Shown here piece by piece: positions 49,694-61,793 of a stretch of 64,000 nucleotides of DNA. The first letter of the stretch is position 1; every line of letters begins with the position of its first letter. The translations under genes were made by a program, and so were the position numbers. This stretch comes from Octopus sinensis. Its lineage: Eukaryota. The stretch spans positions 162,378,001 to 162,442,000 of the forward strand of contig NC_042998.1 in NCBI RefSeq assembly GCF_006345805.1, in the 5' to 3' direction. A model generated the notes under the pieces. The model saw only the letters and a program-made list of their open reading frames with translations. It was not told the DNA's origin and ran no database searches.

Positions 49694-50215
49694 ATGTGCA
49701 CAGGTATTGTGTATGTTTCTATGTATGCGTATCTGAACTAGGAGTGCATATGCACATACATGTATGCGTGTATGTATGTGATCGTGTGTAAGCAACGTGC
49801 TTCCCGATCACATGATACTGGGTTTGGTTCTACCGCATGGCACCCTGGACTACTCGGGTCGACCAAAGCTTTGTGAGTGGATGTTGTAGATGGAAACTGA
49901 AAGTAGTCTGTCATATATGTGTGTGTGTGTGTGCAACCTATGCCAGCATGGGAGGCAGATGTTAAACAATAATAATGTGGGTGTGTCTTTGTGTTTGTGT
50001 TTCTTCCCACCACCACCACCACCACTGCTACTTGACAATTGGTGCTGGTGTGTTTACATACCTGTAACTTAGTGGTTCAGCAAAAGACACAGATAGAATA
50101 AGTACTAGGCTTTAAAAAATAAGTACTGGAATCAATGTATTCAACAAAAAATTCTTCAAGGTGTTGCCCCAGCATGGCCACAGTCTAATAACCAAAACAA
50201 GTAAAAATGAAAAGG
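49375..50215. mobile_element. Cluster of SINE family A copies (49375-49475 minus, 49510-49650 plus, 49780-50215 plus)
   Basis: B boxes and CCAAAGC-TTGTGAGTGGA core repeated; tail CCAGCATGGCCACAGTC. Confidence 0.7.
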
Positions 50216-50235
50216 AAGATATTTACACACACACA

Positions 50236-50274
<39 letters not shown>

Positions 50275-50914
50275 CTCACATATACACTCATACACACACA
50301 CACACACTCACATACACACTCATATACACACACACTCATAAATACATATGTACAAACACACATGCATACAGAGTTGCCCAAAAGTCACCTGACAGTAAAT
50401 GAAAATTTCATAAATACTTAATATTCAATTTTATTTATTCATCCCAATTATGAATGCTTAATAATTGAATGCTGTGAGTTAAAATCACTGTTTGCTTTCC
50501 AACATTTCTCTATTTATTAGCAAAGTCTCATATAATGTAATTTTTTGTTTTAATCTTGGAATTAAATGGTTTTGCTGTCACTTGACTTTTGGCCAACCTT
50601 GCATATGGTTTCAAATATGGAAAAATAACCCAAAACTCAGTAAAGCTGATTATCACCGTAAAACGGACCCTGGTCAGTTAAATATGACCTTTTGTTCTAC
50701 TACAAAATCTTGTTTAGTTGCAACATACACAAAAATGCATACACTAAAATTTTTTCAATACAAAAGGCTCACAGTAACATATGATTAACATGTGATCCCT
50801 TTCTCTCTCTCTCTCTCTCCTATATTATGAATATGTACGCCAATATATTTGCAGTTAAACTATAATGAAAAAACACTCATTCTGTGGAAAACATATTTTT
50901 ATATTCTTTTTTCT

Positions 50915-51275
50915 TTCATTTTTTTTTATTTGACTGTGGTCATGCTGGAGCACAACCTTAATGGGTTTTAGTTGAAGAAATGACCCAAGGACTTATTCTT
51001 TGTAAGCCTAGTACTTATTCTATCGGTCTAACACACCAACATCAGTTGTCAAGTGATGGTGGTGGGGACAAACAGAGACACAAATACAAAAAATATATAC
51101 ATATATATATATATGATGGGCTTCTTTCAGTTTTCATCTATCAAATCTACTCACAAGGCTTTGGTTGGCCTGAAGCTATAGTAGAAGACATTTGCCCAAG
51201 GTGTCTCGCAGTGGGACTGAACGCAGAACCATGTGGTTGGAAACCAAGCTTCTTACCACACAGCCACACCTGCAC
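50915..51275 (-). mobile_element. SINE family A
   Basis: CTCACAAGGCTTTGGTTGGCC...CCCAAGGTGTCTCGCAGTGGGACTGAAC...CTTACCACACAGCCAC. Confidence 0.85.
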
Positions 51276-51517
51276 CTATATATTTATTTTCTTACATATG
51301 AATATATAAAATAAACTATTTTCCCCTTATGTTAAAAAAGTTAGTGTTTTTCAATTACACAAGAATATATGTATATAAAAATTTGATGCATTTTCAACCT
51401 TTACATAGTATTTTTCACACACACACACAGACACACATATATATGCATATAGGAATAAATGTAAGGACAAGCAATGTATGTATATATAGTTGCCAACCCA
51501 ATATATATATATATATA

Positions 51518-52811
51518 TTAGGTTGGCAACTAAGTTCCTGCCATTTTTTTAAATATTGGAATTTATTGTGTTTTTAAATTTTGGAATCTATTTTTTTCGA
51601 GAATTCTATTTTTGAATCATTTTGGAATCTCTTATGTTTTTTTTTTCTAGTTAACTTTAGTTAATTTTTGTTTATTTTCAGATCATTAAAATGTAATGTT
51701 AAGTTAAAAAAAATGAGCATTTTCGATACCTCCTTGTTTTTGCTTTTAATCAATGTTCTAAGGCTGCAAAAGCTGCTCGTGATATTTGTGCTGTGTATGG
51801 AGAGGGTGCCATAGCTGAAAGAACCGCTCATGATTGGCATGCCAAGTTCAAAAATGGAATTTTTGACCTCAAAGATGCCCATCATTCTGACCATGCAGTT
51901 GAGTTTCATGAAGAGCGATTAAACCAACTTTTGCACGAAATTTCTTGTCAAACAACAAGGGAACTGGCAGAGAAAATGGAATGCTCCCACACTGCTATGG
52001 AGAAGAATCTTCAGTTGACGGAAAAGCTTCAGAAGTTCTGCATGAGTTCTGCATGCTTTAAGTGACAACAGCAAAAATCAACAAGCCACAGTCTCCGCTG
52101 GTTTGCTTGCTCGTCACCGCTCAACTCATGGACACAAGCAATGAATTTTTTACTGAATCATTACTAGTGACAAAAAATGGTGCCTGTACATCAATATGAA
52201 GCAGCGTAAGGAATGGCTTAGCCCCAGTAAACAAGCAACACCACGCATGAAACAAGATCTTCATCCATAAAAAACGATGTTGTGCATAGGGTGGGACTGG
52301 GAAGGGATTATCCATTACAAATTGCTTGAACAGAACCAAATGGTCAACGTAGAACTCTGTGTTCAACAGATGGAACGACTCAACATGGCTATTCAAGAGA
52401 AAAGACCTAATCAGCAGCATGTAGTTCTTCTGCTGCATGACAACGCCCACCCTCATATCACCTATATGATCAAGGAAGACATTCAAACACATGACTGGGA
52501 AGTGCTGCCACACCCGCCATACTCTCCTGATTTGGCACCCCCGGATTTTTACCTCGTTCGATCTCTTTCAAATGCTATGCATGGAGTTTCATTCAATACT
52601 GATGTAGAATTGAGAGCTTGGTTGGATCAATTTTTCAAGTCAAAATCGAGTGATTTCTACCAACGAGGTATTGAAAATCTTGTTGAACATTGGGAAGAAG
52701 TTGTAAACAACAAGGGTGAATACATTATTGATTAATTAGTTGTTATTTTCTATTAAACATTTCAAAAGATTTAAATTTTTAAAAATGGTGGGAACTTAGT
52801 TGCCAACTGAG
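51518..52811 (+). mobile_element. Full-length inactivated mariner (DD34D) transposon
   Basis: TIRs TTAGGTTGGCAACTAAGTTCCTGCCATTTTT / AAAAATGGTGGGAACTTAGTTGCCAACTGAG with TA flanks; transposase about 51691-52735 with stops: YGEGAI..R...W..KFKNG.FDLKD, ITSDKKW, LLHDNAHPH-(34 residues)-D in YSPDLAPPDF. Confidence 0.95.
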
Positions 52812-52944
52812 TATATATATATATATCATCATCATCATCATCATCATTCTGCTCCATTCTTGAATTATCTCATTTCAAAAGTGATCTCATTTAAAAGCCA
52901 AAACGCTATGTGTATATATATATATACACATACATATATATTGC

Positions 52945-53200
52945 TTTGGCTTTTAAAATGAGATAATTCAAGGAAGGAGCAGAATGAAAGATGCCATTTA
53001 AGAGTACCAAAAGTACAAATTTCGCTGGATGGGACATGTCATAAGGTTTGCAGACAACATATGGATCCATGCAGCTGCTGTTTAGTATCCAAAAGATTGG
53101 AAAAGTTCACAAGGAGAATCTTCACAATGACAGGAAGATGATTTAGTCAAGCAATTTGTGTCAAGATGGATAAGAGTGGTACAATCAAGACAGAACAGAA
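52945..53200 (+). mobile_element. RTE-clade LINE C-terminal fragment (third RTE type)
   Basis: NEIIQGRSRMKDAI...KFRWMGHVIRFADNIW...YPKDWK...DDLVKQF..RWIRVVQSR. Confidence 0.75.
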
Positions 53201-53814
53201 AGTGCATTGTAACCAGTGGTGTATAACAAGCATTTAATGGTCTGGTGGAAACTGTGATATATGAGTAGTGCTGAAAAATTCCTGTCGTTAAGGGCATCAT
53301 GAAAGGCCTAGCTGGTGGCCCGACCTTCTTAGTTTTTTTACAAGGCTTAGAAAAACTGAAGGATCTCTGCAATAGGAGTGAATCTGAGAGGGAAATATGT
53401 TGAATAAAATCATAATTAACTGATCCTCCTGCATTTCCTTTTACCCAAAGCCAGAAACTTTTCAGCACCCCCTTGTATGTGTGTGTGTATATACATATTT
53501 GGTTTCAGTCCAACCATGGGCCACCTTGGGCAGGTGTCTTATTCAGACCAGCCAAAGAAATGTGAGTGTATTTGGTCAATGGGAACTGAAAGAAGCTCAT
53601 CAAATATATGTGTGTAAATGTGTGTGTGTGCGTGAGAGTGTGTGTGTGTGTGTGTGTGGTGTGTGTGTGTGGTGTGTGTGTGTGTGTGTGTGTGTGTTCG
53701 TGTTTACTTGTCTTAACATTTGGTAGCTGTAAGCAAGTCTCACTGTCATACAAGTGGTGTCCTTCGTCTTTAATCTTCTATGAAAACATGTCCAGCCATG
53801 GGGAAATATGTATT

Positions 53815-54025
53815 TTGAATTTTGACACAAGACCAGCAACTTTGGGGAAAGAGTCGACTCAATTAAATTGGCCACAGTGTTCACCTGGTACTTAATTTAT
53901 CAACCCTGTAAGGATGAAAGGTAAAGTCAACCACAGTGGAATTTGAACTCAGAATGTAAGGACAGATGAAATGGCACTAAGCATTTTGCCTGACATGCTA
54001 TTTATTCTACCAACTCATTGCCTTG
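53815..54025 (-). mobile_element. SINE family B
   Basis: CTGGTACTTAATTTATCAACCC...GGATGAAAGGTAAAGTCAAC...GGAATTTGAACTCAGAA. Confidence 0.8.
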
Positions 54026-54299
54026 CCATGAGGACATGTTATCTTGCTTGGAAACAGAATGATTGGCAACAGGAAGAGCATCTGTCTTAGAAAATGATGA
54101 CGATGATGATATATACTCACCTAGACATACACATATATATGCTCAACCACAAACATACATGAATATATACATTTGCTAATGAGTGATTGTAATTCTTCCC
54201 AAACCAAGCTTTTTCCACTTTAGCAAGGTCATCTATATGCAACATATATATTCTGTAATTGCTTGAAACAAACAAGGACCCCATTCTTAAAATCTCCCT

Positions 54300-54770
54300 T
54301 TTATTCTCTCTAACAATGGAGACCAGTTTCTATATTTACCAAATTCTTCAGCGCCTCTCTCTTTCTACAGGAATATATCCTAACATTTGGAAATACAACG
54401 TGTGCCTTTCCCAAGATATGCTACACCTCTGCAGTTGCATAGCTAGTGGGGTCAGTTCACCCCAGACAGCGTTTAAATAGAGCATCACTTTTGGGTCAGC
54501 TGTATAAGCCACTACAGAGAGCAGAGAGGAGCAGGAGTGGGAGCAAAGTCTAGAAATGCTCTGGGTGGTACACATTCTTGCTACACTACTGCTCCTCTGA
54601 GCCTGGCAACTATTGCCCTGTTGCATGTACATCCATCATGTCAAAGGTAAAAGAGACAAACATTAACAACTATCTTCTTCAGCACTTTGGATCTCTTTGT
54701 GGTGCCAGGATGGGATTCATAAAGCCAGATCTACTGAAGACTTATGATTCTATGATAGTTACTGGTGGGC
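54300..54770 (+). mobile_element. CR1/Jockey-type LINE RT fragment interrupted by a MITE
   Basis: LQRLSLSTGIYPNIWK ... PKICYT|SEPGNYCPVACTSIMSKVKETNINNYLLQHF (K.PI.K...P.NYRPI.LTS.LSK..E-like region). Confidence 0.75.
54432..54591. mobile_element. hAT-type MITE (160 bp)
   Basis: Imperfect TIRs CAGTTGCATAGCTAG / CTTGCTACACTACTG (11/15); 8-bp TSD CACCTCTG/CTCCTCTG. Confidence 0.75.
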
Positions 54771-54845
54771 TATCACAGTTGAGGAATTTCATAATAGATA
54801 GGAGATAGATAGATAGACAGACAGACGGATGGAAGGACAGATGTG

Positions 54846-54891
<46 letters not shown>

Positions 54892-55277
54892 CATACATAG
54901 ATATATATGCATACATACACACATGCACACACACATACACACACATATAATGAATATATATATATATATATATGTTTAGATATACACTTACATAGATATA
55001 TAAAACAAGTAAAATATAAATAGAGAAAAGATAAGTAGATAAATAGATAAAAGGATGAATAAATAGATGGATGGATGGATGGATGGATAGATGGACAAGC
55101 AGGCAGACAGATAGATAGATGAATAGAGACATACAGACAGTTAGGTAGGTAGATAGAGAGAAAGACACATATATAAATGCTCAGACAACAAAAATACATC
55201 TATACATATAATATAGATAGATAAATAGATATACATGTATATATATATATATATACATACACACAAATATATTCTTT

Positions 55278-55296
55278 ATAGATAGATAGATAGATG

Positions 55297-55360
<64 letters not shown>

Positions 55361-55423
55361 ATTGTTAAATAGGTAGGTTGATAAGTAGGCAGATAGATGG
55401 ATAGATATATAGATAGATATAAT

Positions 55424-55487
<64 letters not shown>

Positions 55488-55516
55488 TAGATAGATAGAT
55501 AGATAGATAGATAGAT
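55278..55516. repeat. (GATA)n tetranucleotide array
   Basis: Direct sequence. Confidence 0.95.
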
Positions 55517-56404
55517 TCTTCATGGCAAATGGATAAAAACAAAAGAAGCAAAGATTGGTCTTAAAGAGACATTAAGAAATTATTCTCCAAATGTTGTTCT
55601 GAAATAAATGACTAGAAGTGCCAATAATGAGAAGTACAAAGGAGCAGTTTTTGCCTAAAAGAATTTTCATCTGTGTCTTTGATGAATAACCCCAGCCTAA
55701 ACAGAAGACAGATATTCTTGCATTGAACATAGATAATCTGTTATCATCAGAGCAGGAGCAGTTCAAAGTTTAAAGTATAAATACAGCATAAAAGATAACC
55801 TTGTGGGTTCTGTCCTTTGGGATGTTGGACCAAAACAAGCCTCTTGGGATTCCTCTTTATCAAACTTTATTTCTAGAGAATAATAGCAATGTTCACCCTG
55901 TTTTCTCTTCTTTCTCCTCTCTCTCTTTTTTTTTACCTTTTACTTTATCTTTCTTTCTTTTCTTTTTTTGCTTTCTTTCCTTTGAGTATCTCCATCTTCC
56001 TTTCTTCACCTTCCCAGCTTCTTATTTTAAATCTTTTTGTCTATATTCCTCTCTGTTTCTCTTTTCTTGCTCACTCCTAACTGTTCCTTTCTCTTCTTTT
56101 CTTCTTTATCTGTCTGTCTTCATCACCCCCACCTTTTCAGTCCCTTATACAAAACCTTTGTGTCTATATTTCTCCCTCTTTGCTTCCTTTCCCTCCTTCA
56201 ATTTATTACCAAACTCTCTCATTTTCTCATTCTTTATCGCCCTTATATTATCAGCCTCCCTTACATTTGTGTTCTTTGCTCTTCCTTAAAGAAGTATTCT
56301 TTTTCCTTTCCACCTCCTCTGCTCGTATTTCCTTCCTTAATTATTACTCCTCCTCACCATTTCTCTCATCCTATCTCTCATTCACTCCCCTGCCTCTCTC
56401 TCTC

Positions 56405-56446
<42 letters not shown>

Positions 56447-56577
56447 CCTATATATATATATATATACACACATTTATATTTATATATATATGTAGAGAGA
56501 GAGAGAGAGTGAGAAGGAGAGAGCATGAATAAAAGAGATAGATAGATGCATACGTATATCATTCTTTGCTCTCGCCC

Positions 56578-56609
<32 letters not shown>

Positions 56610-57199
56610 TATTCTGTTCTCTACTCTTCTCTTCCCTTCCCTTTGTTTTTTGTTTCTCCCCAACCTTTCACTCCTACTGTAACTCACTCCCGCCCACTAA
56701 TTATAAGACATTCATAGCAGTTATCACAGATTTGGTAATTTGGTTAAACAATCCAGGCAAGGGTTACAGTGTTTCATCTTTGATAAATATTCCCAGCACA
56801 GCCACCACTATCTCTACCCCTTCCTTCTCCTTGTCCTCTTCTGGAACCATGCTCCTACCACCAACATCACTTCATCTCCTTGCTATCAGTTTCATTATCA
56901 TTCATTTCCCATCAACACCACTCACCCGCTTGCAGTTCAGTAAATTTCATTCCTGGATTCCAACTCACCTTAGCCTGCCTTGACTTCATCCAAATTCTCA
57001 TCAGCTATGGAAGGATTCATAGAGTGAAATCTTTGTGCATGGGATTTCTCTATTGTCATAGGTAGCAGATCAAACTAGAAAATTGAGTTATATTCTAAGA
57101 GTTCCTTCACCCATCCCATACTCTGTTTCTTCTTAGTGTACCCAAATGTATGATATGTGTGTGTGTGTGTGTGTGTGTGTTTATATGTATATGTACACA

Positions 57200-57390
57200 T
57201 GTGTTTATATATGTGTTTACAATGTTAGTATGTTTTTGTCCCGGTGACTTAGTGGTTCAGCAAGAGATCGATAGAGTAAGTATAAGGCTTAAAATCGAGG
57301 AAAAAATAATCACCAGGGTAAGTTCATCTGACTAAAACTTTAACAAGGTGGTGTTCTAGCATAGCCATAATCCAGGGACGGAAACATGTG
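57200..57390 (+). mobile_element. SINE family A tail
   Basis: GACTTAGTGGTTCAGCAAGAGATCGATAGAGTAAGTA...GGTGGTGTTCTAGCATAGCC. Confidence 0.6.
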
Positions 57391-57728
57391 AGAGATCTGG
57401 AGTAGGAACAGCATTTTCTTTGTCTATCTCCTTAACTTCTTGGAGATTTTAGGCATAATTATACTAATGTGTCCATCTGTTCTAATTTAATTAAATTCTA
57501 TATTTTAGTGCAGCTGATGTAATGATTGCATTGTTCAATTAAATGGAGTTGCATGAAACGATTGTATTGCATTACCTCTGGATACCCTTGTTGCTTATTT
57601 TGATTTTAATCACCTTACTTTGAAATTGTATGGATAATACCGTACTAAATTCTGGTGCCTCAACTTACATACCATATTATTCTGAATCTATCTATCTATC
57701 TATCTACCTATCTATCTATCTCTCTCTC

Positions 57729-57891
<163 letters not shown>

Positions 57892-58568
57892 TATAAATAT
57901 ATGCATATATACATACATATATGTACATACCTACATCTATATGTATATATACATGCATATATGGGTACAGGACCTCAAAAAAACTTTGAACACAATGAGA
58001 AACGAAAACATAAAAACAAAAACATGTAAACAAATTTTTTTTCAAACAGAGCACAAGACATACAACACAAGGAATATTCCCCTTCTTCAGTTGTCCCTGT
58101 TTCGTTTACTTCGCATTTATTTATATATATAATTTGGGAAAACAATCACCATTTTAGTACCAGCAAAAAAAGGAAGATATGTATTTGAATTTTTCTTGTT
58201 ACATGTCACATTTAAACACAGACATTTTTATTCTGATGTATAATCTTATATCTCACATTCTGTATTTGACATATACTTGATATTACATGATTGATATATA
58301 TACTAATTATTATTTATAATGCATAATTCAAATTTTAATTCTTAATATTACAAAGTATAATTTTTATTTTTGCTTAATTGCATTGCTTATTTTTTAAAGG
58401 GATATAAAATTAGATATATAATATTTTGAAAATGAACCTGAAGATGTGTTGGAATAATTGTAAATCTGTCGATTGCATATATGTATTTATACATGTATAT
58501 ATATATATATCCTTAAATCCTTAAAAATGTTTCAGCCCGAAGGCTGCAGCCATGCTGGGGCACCACTG

Positions 58569-58658
<90 letters not shown>

Positions 58659-58919
58659 GTATGTATATATATATATATATATATGTATGTATATGTATGT
58701 ATATATATATATGTATATAGTAATTACTTACATGTCTGCATTAATGCAAAATGCAAAACAAATTGTTCAAAATAATGCAGAATTTGAGCTACATCATCAG
58801 GTGAATAAAAGTCTTATCCTTTTCCCTTACTATGTATTTTATATGGTCTGTACAATATAACATTTAGGAACTTTTTTATGAACACTATCAGATCACTTGA
58901 ATCCATATATGGTGACTTA

Positions 58920-59040
<121 letters not shown>

Positions 59041-60390
59041 GTGTATTGTGTGTTGCTGACAGCCACTGACCAGATCTGTGGATGGAGCAAAGTACCATCT
59101 CGACCCAGAGTAACATCGTGGTGGAACACTGTGGTTGACAGGGCTATTAGACAAAAGAGACAGGCTTGGAAGGACTGGAAGAACGGTGGTAGCAGGGAAT
59201 TGTATCAGACAGCCAAAAGGGAAGCTAGGAGACAGGTTTATTTAGCCAGAGGGGAAGCGGATAAGAAAAAATTTGCCAATGTTCTGAGCCGTGAGGATGA
59301 AAGACTTGAGGTATTTCGTGTTGCAAGACAGTGTGTGAGAGAGAATCGTGATGTGGTAGGAGAGAAGTGGTGTTCGCATGGATGATGGTTCACTTGCGCT
59401 AAATGAGGATGCAAAGAGAGAGGTTTGGAGATGCCACTATGAAAGGTTGCTGAATAAAGAAAATGAATGGGATAAAGAGAGTCTGCCGAATGTTGACCCA
59501 ACAGAGGGACCAGCTACCCGAGTTGATAGTTCCGTGGTAGCTAAGGCAATTAGAAGCATGAAGACAGGGAAAGCCCCAGGCCCATCAGGAATTACTGCAG
59601 AGAGATGCTCAAAATATCTGGCAGTGTCGGCTATAACCTAGTCACCCGTATAGTCAACCAGGTGATACATGAAGGAGTCATACCCAATGACTGGTGTAGC
59701 AGCATACTAGTCAACTGCTACAAAGGTAAAGGTGATGCCCTGGATACAAATAATTACAGAGGTATCAAGCTGTTGGATCAGGTAATGAAGGTTACGGAGA
59801 GGGTCATAGCCCAACTAATTAGAGAGAGAGTTAGTTTAGATGAGATGCAGTTTGGGTTTGTCCCAGGGAAAAGCACCACTGATGCTATATTCCTGGTAAG
59901 GCAGCTGCAGGAGAAATACCTAGCCAAAGATAAGCCCCTGTACCTGGCTTTCGTTGACATGGAGAAAGCCTTTGATAGGGTCCCCCGATCCCTCATCTGG
60001 TGGTCAATGAGGAAACTAGGGATAGATTGAATGGCTGGTGAGGGCTGTGCAAGCCATGTACAGAGATGCCGTAAGTAAGGTTAGAGTTGGCAGCATGTAC
60101 ACAGAAGAATTCAAGGTAGAGGTTGGGGTCCACCAGGGTTCAGTACTCAGCCCCCCTATTTATCATAGTCCTCCAGGCAATTGTGGAGGAATTCAAGACA
60201 GGTTGCCCCTGGGAGCTCCTCTATGCTGACGACCTCACTCTAATCGCGAGTCACTATCAGAACTGGAGGAGAAGTCCAGTTGTGGAAGGAGGGTTTAGAA
60301 TCGAGGGGCCTTAGAGTCAACCTAGCTAAAACCAAAGTACTAATAAGTAGAAAGTTAGAAAATCCACAAATATCCTCAGGAAGATGGCCC

Positions 60391-60521
60391 TGCTCGATCT
60401 GTAGAAAAGGTGTAGGTAGAAACTCTATAAGATGTACCCAGTGTAAGCTATGGACACATAAGAGTGCAGCAATGTCAAAGGTAGGCTAACTGGGAAGATA
60501 GTTTTTGTATGTGGCAGATGC
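60391..60521 (+). other. PHD-like C4HC3 zinc finger coded inside the RTE RT region
   Basis: C-x2-C-x10-C-x2-C-x4-H-x2-C-x14-C-x2-C (CSIC...CTQC..WTH..C...CGRC) after correcting a 1-nt deletion near 60463. Confidence 0.8.
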
Positions 60522-61428
60522 TCTGGAGCATTGACCTCCGAAAATCTGCAGAAAACAACTTCCGTCACTTTCCGAGGGGAAAAACTAGAAGTAGTTGATA
60601 GCTTCCACTATCTAGGTGACCAAGTCAGTAGTGGGGGCGGGTGCGCTGAAAGTGTAACTGCTAGAATAAGAATAGCCTGGGCAAAGTTTAGGGAGCTCTT
60701 ACCTCAGCTGGACTAAAGGCCTCTCGCTCAGAGTAAAAGGCAGACTGTATGATGCATGTTTACGAACAGCTATGCTACATGGCAGTGAAACATGGGCCGT
60801 GACTGCTGAGGACATGCGTAAGCTTGTGAGGAATGAAGCCAGTATGCTCCGATGGATGTGTAATGTCAGTGTACTTACTCGACAGAGCGTTAGTACCTTG
60901 AGAGAAATGTTGTACCTAAGAGCATCAGTTGTTGTGTGCAAGAGAGACGATTGCGCTGGTATGGTCATGTGGCGAGAATGGATGAAGATAGGTGTGTGAG
61001 AAAGTGCCAATCCCTAGCAGTTGAGGGAACCCGTGGAAGAGGTAGACCCAGGAAAACCTGGGACGAAGTGGTGAAGCACGACCTTCGGACATTAGGTCTC
61101 ACCATGGAAATGACTAGAGACCGAGACCTATGGAAGTATGCTGTGCGTGAGAAGACCCGGCAAGACTAGTGAAGCCATAATCCGTGGCCCCTACCTGGGA
61201 CGTAGTCAGTCCACCTGTGCATACCTTCCTCTTGTGACACTTGTGAAGACCTGTTGAGGCAAGTGAGAATGAATCAATCAAATCAAATCAAATCGAACCA
61301 AATCAAAATAGATGAACATCAATGAATTTGTATCCTTGTGGTACCAGTGCCGGGCACATAAGAAAACCATCTGAACGTGATCGTAGCCAGTACCGCAATG
61401 ACTGGCCTCCGTGCTGAGGGCACATAAC

Positions 61429-61624
61429 AAACACCATCCGAGCGTGGCCGTCCGCCAGCCCCGTCTGGCACCTGTGTCGGTGACACATAAGAAAACACCA
61501 TCCGAGCGTGGCCGTCAGCCAGCCTCGTCTGGCACCTGTGTCGGTGGCACATAAAAAAAAAACACCATCCGAGTGTGGCCGTCTGCCAGCCTCGTCTGGC
61601 ACCCGTGTCGGTGGCACATAAAAT
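61429..61624 (+). repeat. Three tandem ~64-67-bp GC-rich units (plus one diverged unit at 61353-61428) in the putative LINE 3' UTR
   Basis: AAACACCATCCGAG(C/T)GTGGCCGTC.GCCAGCC.CGTCTGGCACC.GTGTCGGTG.CACATAA at 61429, 61493, 61560. Confidence 0.92.
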
Positions 61625-61793
61625 CACCCACTACACTCTCGGAGTGGTTGGCGTTAGGAAGGGCATCCAGCTGTAGAAACACTGCCAGATCTGACTGGCC
61701 TGGTGCAGCCTTCGGGCTTGCCAGACCCCAGTTGAACCGTCCAACCCATGCTAGCATGGAAAGCGGACGTTAAACGATGATGATATATATATA

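Larger units (their letters stand above)
59050..61784 (+). mobile_element. Young 5'-truncated RTE-clade LINE: frameshifted ORF2 (about 59050-61169) plus putative ~600-bp 3' UTR ending in (GAT)n
   Basis: WWN; KAPGPSG; IPNDW...YKGKGD...NYRGIKLL; QFGFVPGKSTTDAIF; FVDMEKAFD; GVHQGSVLSP; LLYADD; NLAKTK; SFHYLGD; HGSETW; RRLRWYGHVAR; GRGRPRKTW; stop at 61167-69; CpG-rich; (TA)n on both flanks. Confidence 0.95.

Noticed and set aside
53082-53468. 128-aa minus-strand ORF as a host gene
   Set aside because: Largely antisense to a decayed RTE C-terminus on the plus strand; no domain recognised
55801-56983. Hydrophobic F/L/S-rich ORFs resembling membrane proteins
   Set aside because: Artefact of polypyrimidine low-complexity DNA
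56970-57075. Minus-strand exon candidate with GTGAGT donor
   Set aside because: The only long open frame stops one base before the donor; no homology recognised
61353-61624. CRISPR-like appearance of regularly spaced repeats
   Set aside because: Units are contiguous tandem copies with no unique spacers, in a eukaryotic LINE context with no cas genes
61620-61700. HDV-like ribozyme in the RTE terminus (RTE elements often carry one)
   Set aside because: Could not assemble P1/P1.1/P3/J4-2 with a catalytic C by hand; HDV-like ribozymes are expected at the 5' end, which is missing here
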